Shown here one piece after another: positions 19,271 to 25,759 of a stretch of DNA of 64,000 bases (position 1 is the first letter of the stretch; each line of letters begins with the position of its first letter). The notes below the pieces were generated by a model. That model saw only the letters and a program-made list of their open reading frames with translations. It did no database searches and was not told the origin of the DNA. Source of the stretch: Candidatus Latescibacterota bacterium (GTDB lineage: Bacteria > Latescibacterota > UBA2968 > UBA8231); NCBI GenBank assembly GCA_965206595.1, contig OZ242214.1, positions 4,800,001 to 4,864,000 of the forward strand, in the 5' to 3' direction. Made by a program: the position numbers and the translations under genes.

Positions 19271-20440
19271 ATGCGCAGATCCGTCCGGCTTGTGCGAACC
19301 CTGATCTACTACGATGGACCTCAGGTGATCGTGGCCAGTGATGAGGTGGGACAACTCTATCTCGGATTGCTGGTCCAGGCCCCGGACGGCGGGGATGCAT
19401 ACCTGCTGACGCCCATCTCAGCAAGTCGGTTGTATCAACTGGAGACCGGTATTCTGGACGTCCGCGGTGCGCTTACGATCCCTGAAGTTGACGAGTACTA
19501 TACTGCGGCGCTCACTGGTGACACCGAAGTGGAGGACCGCTTGCCGCTGTCTCCAGTGGGTCACCCCCCTGAGAAGTGGCTCCCCGAGCCCGACCTTCGA
19601 GTGTCGGACTTCGTGGAGCCGGACGCTGTGACGCAGGAGGTAACGTCCCGTGGCAAGGCCGTCTTGCACCTTCGGATGAGCCCTCCCGAATCCCACATCG
19701 CGGCACAGATAGGTGTTACCAACCTGGCCATATGTCTGTCACTTTTCCAGAATCTGGTTGGCCAGGCATATCGGAAGGTTCTTCGCGATGTCGGCCCCGA
19801 TACACGAAAAATGATTGCCGATGAGTCTAACTGGATGATGGACGTCTCTGGCTTTTCCCACGGGTCCTTCACCATCCATTTGCAGTCGAGGGCGGAGCCT
19901 GACTTGCTCGGATACGTAGGTCTGTCCCGGGCCCTGGATCGGGTCGATGCCCTGACCGAAGGCATCGATGCACCGGAGGCAGGACTTTCGACTATGCGTC
20001 AGAACAGGGGTCACCTCGTAGCTGCCTATCGGCGATTGCTGAAGTTCCTGGTTGACTCGGAATCGGCCCTTGGATACCAGTGGTCGGCACCGGACCGGAC
20101 GTTCTCATCCACCAGGGCGATTTCTCGAGATTCCGCAGAGAGACTCTACAGCTTGATCGTGGCGCAGAAGGACTTGACGGTCGAGGAGGTCAGTCTCAGG
20201 GGTGTCTTCATACACGTCAACGTGGAATCGGGCCTCTGGACCCTGCGGGACGACGAAGGGATCTCGCATCACGGCCGTTCCGCCAGTGACTTGCAAGGCG
20301 CGCTGAGTGGTTTGATCGTGGACACTCAACGATACGAGGTGGACTGCATTGAACGAGTTGAAGAGACTGGAGTTGGCGAGATCCGGACAAGTCTTGAGTT
20401 GAAGGGGATCGAGCCACTCGAAGGGATAACTACTGCATGA
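19271..20440 (+). CDS. DUF6575-like N-terminal domain protein with extended C-terminus
   Basis: N-terminal TLIYYDGPQV...YLGLL pattern recalled for DUF6575; central GFSHGSFTI; beta-rich C-terminus. Confidence 0.65.
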   Translation: MRRSVRLVRTLIYYDGPQVIVASDEVGQLYLGLLVQAPDGGDAYLLTPISASRLYQLETGILDVRGALTIPEVDEYYTAALTGDTEVEDRLPLSPVGHPPEKWLPEPDLRVSDFVEPDAVTQEVTSRGKAVLHLRMSPPESHIAAQIGVTNLAICLSLFQNLVGQAYRKVLRDVGPDTRKMIADESNWMMDVSGFSHGSFTIHLQSRAEPDLLGYVGLSRALDRVDALTEGIDAPEAGLSTMRQNRGHLVAAYRRLLKFLVDSESALGYQWSAPDRTFSSTRAISRDSAERLYSLIVAQKDLTVEEVSLRGVFIHVNVESGLWTLRDDEGISHHGRSASDLQGALSGLIVDTQRYEVDCIERVEETGVGEIRTSLELKGIEPLEGITTA

Positions 20441-20483
20441 GTGCCGGGGAGAACAGCGGTTGTGAGTCGCCCCAGAGGAGCCT

Positions 20484-20542
20484 CTGGGCCAGCCTGGCGA
20501 GCTCGACTGGTCCGCGATCGCTACGGCACTGGTTACTTCTAA
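20484..20542 (+). pseudogene. Probable darT (DUF4433) scar
   Basis: LGQPGELDWSAIAT followed by RHW-[+1]-YF-stop, just before the darG RBS. These resemble an internal and the terminal segment of DarT. Confidence 0.35.
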
Positions 20543-20558
20543 CGCGGAGGAAGATGGG

Positions 20559-21131
20559 ATGGTAGAGTACAAGACAGGCAACATCCTCGACGAGGATGTG
20601 GAAGCCCTCGTAAACACGGTCAACTGCGTCGGCTTCATGGGCAGGGGAATCGCCCTGCAGTTCAAGAAGTCCTGGCCTGATAATTTCAAGGCATATGAAG
20701 CTGCCTGTCGCAAGAAGGAAGTTCAGCCTGGACGCATGTTCGTGTTCGAAACGGGACAGTTGGTTTCGCCTCGCTACATCATCAACTTCCCGACCAAGCG
20801 GCACTGGCGGGGCAAGTCCAGGATCGAAGACATCGACTCGGGTCTGAATGCGCTGATTGCCGAAGTCCGGTCTCGGAAAATCTGCTCCATCGCGATTCCT
20901 CCCTTGGGCGCTGGGCTCGGCGGACTTGCCTGGGCAGATGTACGGGTGCGGATCGAAAGGGCAATGCAGGACCTTCCGGACGTACGGACGATAGTGTTCA
21001 AACCCCATGATGCTCCTGATCCGGTGGAACCAGCAACTGCGAGAAGGGTGCCCGGGAGGCAGCAAATACCATCGGACAAGCCATCCATTCCCGCAGGCAA
21101 TGCCAATGGAATCAAAGCTCAAACATCTTGA
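20559..21131 (+). CDS. darG: DarG-type macrodomain ADP-ribosylglycohydrolase, lacking the C-terminal domain
   Basis: ALVNTVNCVGFMGRGIALQFK, IINFPTKRHWRGKS and AIPPLGAGLGGL motifs. Only 190 aa with a low-complexity tail. GGAGG RBS. Confidence 0.85.
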   Translation: MVEYKTGNILDEDVEALVNTVNCVGFMGRGIALQFKKSWPDNFKAYEAACRKKEVQPGRMFVFETGQLVSPRYIINFPTKRHWRGKSRIEDIDSGLNALIAEVRSRKICSIAIPPLGAGLGGLAWADVRVRIERAMQDLPDVRTIVFKPHDAPDPVEPATARRVPGRQQIPSDKPSIPAGNANGIKAQTS

Positions 21132-21534
21132 ATTGATCCAAGGAGTGGTCAACCGCCTTGCGACCGACTCGTTCCGCGTGAAGGGGTGGATCGTGGTTCT
21201 GGTCACTGCCTTGTTCGTCCTGTTGGCGATAGAGGATCGCCTCCATGCTGCCTACATCGCATTGGCACCTGTCCTCGTCTTCTGGGGCCTCGACGGCTAC
21301 TACCTGTGGCAGGAGCGCCTGTTCCGGGCGCTTTACGACCGTGTCCGGGTGGTGGACGAAAGTGAAGTCGACTTTTCAATGGCCACCGCTGCGTTCCGAA
21401 CGGGTTGGAAGCGCTCTTGGCTTGGCTCAACCTTGTCGATAACGCTGGTTCCGTTCTACGGAGCTCTCATCATCGCGATTGTTCTGGTCGTATTCTACCT
21501 TCCAGGAGAACAAGCTATTAATAACGGCTCGTAG
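21106..21534 (+). CDS. Small multi-pass membrane protein (TIR-associated family)
   Basis: MESKLKHLELIQGVVNRLATDSFRVKGW, FWGLDGYYLWQERLFRALYDRVR and three hydrophobic segments. Confidence 0.82.
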   Translation: MESKLKHLELIQGVVNRLATDSFRVKGWIVVLVTALFVLLAIEDRLHAAYIALAPVLVFWGLDGYYLWQERLFRALYDRVRVVDESEVDFSMATAAFRTGWKRSWLGSTLSITLVPFYGALIIAIVLVVFYLPGEQAINNGS

Positions 21535-21637
21535 AGGCCGGGACGGCGTCGCCGATTCCGTACAAAGGCGGATAGGTTTCTTTACCTACCCTTCCGGATA
21601 GCACCCCTTTCCGTCTTGCTTTCGAGAGGATACAACG

Positions 21638-23215
21638 ATGCGTTTTTTCAGCACTGCTGGTCCGGTCAAGCCCGAAAAGCACCACTGCATCCCGCCGTTG
21701 GACCGGCTGAACCTCGCCGAGGTGCTCGCGTTGGTGCGGGACGAGAAGTACTTCGTTTTGCATGCGCCGCGTCAGACGGGCAAGACGTCGGTCCTCCTGG
21801 CGCTGCGCGACCTGCTCAACGCCGGAGTGGCCTATCGCTGCGTGTACGTCAATGTCGAGGCCGGGCAAACCGGGCGCGAAGACGTGGAACAGGTCATGCG
21901 CACCATTCTGGGAACGTTGGCGTTGCGAGCGAGCGTGACCCTGGACGACGAATTTCTGCTCGCGGTCTGGTCGGACATCTTAGCCGAGTTCGGTCCGCAC
22001 GCCGCTCTGCAAGTGGCGTTGACGCGCTGGTCCAAGGCCGACCCGAAGCCCTTGGTGCTGCTCATCGACGAAATTGATTCCTTGATCGGCGATTCCTTGC
22101 TGTCGGTGCTGCGCCAGTTGCGGTCGGGATACGATCTGCGGCCAGAGGGTTTTCCGCAGAGCGTGGTGCTGTGCGGGGTGCGCGACGTGCGCGACTATCG
22201 CATTCAATCCACCGCGGAGAACGCCATCATCGCCGGTGGCAGCGCGTTCAATATAAAAGCGGCATCCCTGCGGTTAGGGGACTTTTCCCGGGAGGAGGTG
22301 CGGGCGCTGCTCGGTCAGCACACCGAGGAGACGGGGCAGGTGTTTACCCCCGAGGCGCTGGAGACGGTCTGGACGCAGACACAAGGGCAGCCGTGGCTGG
22401 TCAACGCGCTGGGCGACGAAGCCTGTTTCCAGGGCGAATGTGCGCAGGCGTGGCATCGTCCGGTCACCGCCGAAGCCATCCGCGCCGCCCAGGAGCAGCT
22501 CATCCTGCGGCGCGAGACGCATCTGGACCAGTTGGCCGACAAACTCAAGGAGGAGCGGGTTCGCCGGGTTGTCGAGCCGCTGTTGAGCGGCGGAGAGGAA
22601 CGCCACTTCGCCGACCGCGACATCGAGTATGTGCGGGATCTCGGGCTGGTCGCACAAGACCTGCCGTATCGCATCGCCAACCCGATCTATGCCGAGGTGG
22701 TGCCGCGCGAACTGACGTGGGTGGTGCAGGGGGAATTCGAGCAGGACGCCGCCTGGTATGTGGATGCCGGGGGGGGGCTGGACGTGGTCAAGCTGCTGTC
22801 GGCGTTCCAGGAGTTCTTCCGCGAGCACTCCGAACACTGGGTCGAGCGATTCGAGTACAGGGAAGCCGGCCCCCAGTTGCTGCTGCAGGCGTTTTTGCAG
22901 CGGATCGTCAACAGCGGCGGTCGCATCGAGCGCGAGTACGGATTGGGGCGGATGCGGACGGACTTGCTGATCGTGTGGCCGCAAGGAGAGCGGACGCGCC
23001 GGTTCGTCGTCGAGTGCAAGGTGCTGCACAGGAGCTTGGAGCAGACGATTGCCGAGGGATTGGAACAGACGTTCGAATACATGGATCGCTGCGGAGGGGA
23101 GGCGGGCCACCTGGTGATTTTCGACCGGCGTGAAGGTCGGCGTTGGGCGGACAAACTGTTTCACTGCCGCCGGGTGTCGGACAGCGGGGTCGAGATCGAT
23201 GTGTGGGGGATGTGA
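21638..23215 (+). CDS. AAA-like ATPase with C-terminal PD-(D/E)XK nuclease-like domain
   Basis: HAPRQTGKT (Walker A), LLIDEID (Walker B) and C-terminal REY..RTDL..VVECK. Confidence 0.88.
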   Translation: MRFFSTAGPVKPEKHHCIPPLDRLNLAEVLALVRDEKYFVLHAPRQTGKTSVLLALRDLLNAGVAYRCVYVNVEAGQTGREDVEQVMRTILGTLALRASVTLDDEFLLAVWSDILAEFGPHAALQVALTRWSKADPKPLVLLIDEIDSLIGDSLLSVLRQLRSGYDLRPEGFPQSVVLCGVRDVRDYRIQSTAENAIIAGGSAFNIKAASLRLGDFSREEVRALLGQHTEETGQVFTPEALETVWTQTQGQPWLVNALGDEACFQGECAQAWHRPVTAEAIRAAQEQLILRRETHLDQLADKLKEERVRRVVEPLLSGGEERHFADRDIEYVRDLGLVAQDLPYRIANPIYAEVVPRELTWVVQGEFEQDAAWYVDAGGGLDVVKLLSAFQEFFREHSEHWVERFEYREAGPQLLLQAFLQRIVNSGGRIEREYGLGRMRTDLLIVWPQGERTRRFVVECKVLHRSLEQTIAEGLEQTFEYMDRCGGEAGHLVIFDRREGRRWADKLFHCRRVSDSGVEIDVWGM

Positions 23216-23230
23216 GCGGTGGGGTTCTGG

Positions 23231-23302
23231 TTGACCCTGAAGTCGGATTTCACCGATGCCCATCGCCGGCACTGGTCAGACGCTGAACTGCTCTTCCAGT
23301 GA
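23231..23302 (+). pseudogene. N-terminal remnant of a HEPN-like gene
   Basis: Translates as LTLKSDFTDAHRRHWSDAELLFQ-stop. This resembles the DFxDAHxRHWxDAELL start of HEPN-like proteins (from recall). Confidence 0.45.
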
Positions 23303-23325
23303 TGCATCAAAGACAGCCAAGAAGT

Positions 23326-23370
23326 AAGTCCCCGTGACCGACAAACCCCAGACCCGCAAACCCGGTAGCT
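23326..23370 (+). repeat. Diverged direct copy of the drmA 5' end (matches 25752-25796)
   Basis: Hand alignment gives 40/45 identical nt. Encodes MTDKPQTRKPGS versus MTDKPPNRQPGS in drmA. Confidence 0.9.
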
Positions 23371-23763
23371 GCAATGGTCGTCCGCAACAGCTGGGTGACG
23401 CAGGGAAAGGAGGCAGCGGGTTTTGTTGACGCTGCTGATTTCGAGAAGATCAAGCGACAGGGGGATGCGGCCATTGAGCGATGGATCGACAACCAACTCC
23501 TTGGCACCTCCGTAACCGTCGTATTGGTAGGAGCTCGCACCTGTTCAAGCAGGTGGGTAAAGTACGAAATAGAGCAGAGCAAGAAGCGGAACAACGGTTT
23601 ACTTGGAATCGACATCGGCAAAATCAAGGATCTGGATGGAAACACGACTAAACGGTGCGGCAAAATACCGGCTGGTTACCCGTTCTATCTCTGGAATAAA
23701 CATGATGGCTACAACAACATGGACGATTGGATAGAGGAAGCGGCCAGGGACGCAGGGCGCTGA
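23371..23763 (+). pseudogene. ThsB/MTH538 (DUF1863)-like TIR domain gene, 5'-truncated
   Basis: AMVVRNSW, WIDNQLLGTSVTVVLVG and SRWVKYEI (catalytic Glu). The usual N-terminal MARRVFFSF strand is absent. Confidence 0.8.
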
Positions 23764-23820
23764 AGCGTATTGGGATTGGACGACGGACGAACTATACACC
23801 ATTAGCGGATCAGATAAAAA

Positions 23821-25053
23821 ATGACGGAAACGTCCACGACATCTGAGTTCGATCCAAGGATCATCACCCGGGTCGCTCTGCGAAACTACAAGAGCATCGC
23901 CGCCTGCGACGTCGAGCTAACGCCGCTGACGATCCTGGTGGGCGCAAACGGCGCCGGCAAGAGCAACTTCCTCGACGCCCTCCGCTTTACCGCCCAGGCC
24001 CTGCGCTTCTCCCTGGATCACGCCCTGCACGAGCGCGGCGGCATCAACGAAGTCCGGCGGAGGTCCCGAGGTCATCCGAATCACTTCGGCGTCCGTCTCA
24101 ATTTCCGGCTTCCGGAGGCAACTGGCTGGTACGTGTTCGAAGTAGGCGCCCGGCCGAAAGGGCGCTACGTCGTGCGGAAAGAAGAGTGCGTGGTCAAGTC
24201 CGCGGACAGCGACCGGACGGGACTCTTCCGGGTAGAGAACGGGCGTCCGATCACCACTTCATTCGCCCATCCGCCCGGGGCGGGAGACGACCGTCTCTAC
24301 CTCATGCAGGTAGCCGGTTACCCGGCGTTCCGTCCTGTCTACGACGCGCTCGCCGGGATGGGTTTCTACAACATCCATCCCGAACAAGTCCGGGATCTGC
24401 AGTCCCCGGATCCCGGCGACCTCCTCAAGCCAGACGGAAGCAATATCGCCAGCGTGCTCGCGAACCTGAAGTCCGAGGCGCCGGAGAGTGCGGCGCGCGT
24501 CGGTAAGTATCTCTCCAAGGTAGTCCCGGGAACGGTGGACGTGGAGTCGAAGACGGTGGGACCCAAGCTGACGTTGGAGTTTCGCCAGGAAGTCCGCGGC
24601 GACCCTCATCCCTGGCGTTTCCTCGCCAACAACGTTTCGGACGGAACGTTGCGCGTTCTCGGAGTGCTCATTGCCCTCTACCAGGGCGCCGGCATGGAGT
24701 CGGGAAAAGCGAAGCTGATCGGCATCGAAGAGCCGGAGGGCTCCCTCCATCCAGCCGCAGCGGGTGTGCTGACCGACGTGCTGCGCGAGGGGAGCGAACG
24801 CGCGCAAGTGATCGTCGCCAGCCACAGCGCGGACCTTCTGGATCGGGAGACAATTCCGTTGGAATCCATCCTGGCCGTGGTCTCGGAGGATGGAGAGACG
24901 CGGCTAGCCCCGCTGGACGAGACGAGTCGGGCCATGCTTCGAGACCATCTTTTCACTGCAGGTGAGCTGCTACGCATGGATCAGTTGATACCCGATCCCG
25001 CGCTCTCGAGGCCGAACCAGCTAAGTATGTTCGGCGGCGAAACTGACACCTGA
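23821..25053 (+). CDS. ABC-type (AAA_21-like) ATPase
   Basis: LRNYKSI, GANGAGKSN, VSDGTLR signature, IEEPE and ASHS motifs. Confidence 0.92.
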   Translation: MTETSTTSEFDPRIITRVALRNYKSIAACDVELTPLTILVGANGAGKSNFLDALRFTAQALRFSLDHALHERGGINEVRRRSRGHPNHFGVRLNFRLPEATGWYVFEVGARPKGRYVVRKEECVVKSADSDRTGLFRVENGRPITTSFAHPPGAGDDRLYLMQVAGYPAFRPVYDALAGMGFYNIHPEQVRDLQSPDPGDLLKPDGSNIASVLANLKSEAPESAARVGKYLSKVVPGTVDVESKTVGPKLTLEFRQEVRGDPHPWRFLANNVSDGTLRVLGVLIALYQGAGMESGKAKLIGIEEPEGSLHPAAAGVLTDVLREGSERAQVIVASHSADLLDRETIPLESILAVVSEDGETRLAPLDETSRAMLRDHLFTAGELLRMDQLIPDPALSRPNQLSMFGGETDT

Positions 25054-25054
25054 C

Positions 25055-25627
25055 ATGGTGAAAATCGCCGCTATTGTCGAAGGGGACGGCGAAGTGGAGG
25101 CCGTCCCCGTGTTGATTCGGCGGATCAGCACGGAAGTTTCCCCACTTGCCCCGCCGAATGTGTTGAGACCGATCCGCGTGCGTCGCCAGAGAATTCTCAA
25201 GGAGGGCGAGCTGGAACGATACATGAGCCTGGCAGCGGCCCGCGTCGGTGACGGGGGTTGCATATTGGTTTTGCTGGACGCCGAGGGAGAATGCCCGGCT
25301 GAACTCGGTCCAGATATCCTGCAACGCGCCCGCGATGCCAGACCGGATCGCCAAATCGAAACAGTGTTGGCGAAGTACGAGTATGAGACCTGGTTTGTGG
25401 CGGCGTCCGAGTCGATCGCAGGCTCGGGGATTTCACAGGATGTATCTCCCCCGCCAAATCCGGAATCCATCCAGGGCGCCAAGGAGTGGCTACGCCGAAT
25501 GCTTCCGGCCTACAGTCCGACAGCTGATCAAGCTGCCTTGACCGCTCGCTTTGACATGGAGCTGGCGCGCCAACGCTCCCCCTCATTTGACAAGATGTGG
25601 CGGGCGGTGGCCAAGCTGTTGCAATGA
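25055..25627 (+). CDS. DUF4276-like TOPRIM-fold protein
   Basis: IVEGDGE, LLDAE, EYETWF, PESI..AKEWL and RSPSF motifs; 1 nt after the ATPase stop. Confidence 0.85.
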   Translation: MVKIAAIVEGDGEVEAVPVLIRRISTEVSPLAPPNVLRPIRVRRQRILKEGELERYMSLAAARVGDGGCILVLLDAEGECPAELGPDILQRARDARPDRQIETVLAKYEYETWFVAASESIAGSGISQDVSPPPNPESIQGAKEWLRRMLPAYSPTADQAALTARFDMELARQRSPSFDKMWRAVAKLLQ

Positions 25628-25759
25628 CCTTTCGCATTGGGGCATTTGCCGGCGGCGCAAGGCTATGCGACCGGAGAAACGGCGGTGAAACCGACCTACC
25701 TGGAATTCTAGTCCGGTTCCATCGACTCATCGAAGCCAACCCCGATACAGGAAGTCCTC

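Noticed and set aside
20559-23763. Macrodomain + membrane protein + TIR read as type II Thoeris
   Set aside because: The macrodomain is DarG-type, is a separate ORF and follows a darT-like scar. Type II ThsA is a single TM-Macro polypeptide. The juxtaposition is better explained by deletion.
25015-25035. QLSMF clamp-like motif at the ABC ATPase C-terminus
   Set aside because: Short motifs of this kind are common in defence-protein tails (DrmD also has QLTLDF), and nothing else supports clamp binding here.
15571-25759. Integron cassette array or prophage/IS origin for the cargo
   Set aside because: No integrase or transposase, and I could not find repeated attC-like palindromes or terminal inverted repeats between the genes.
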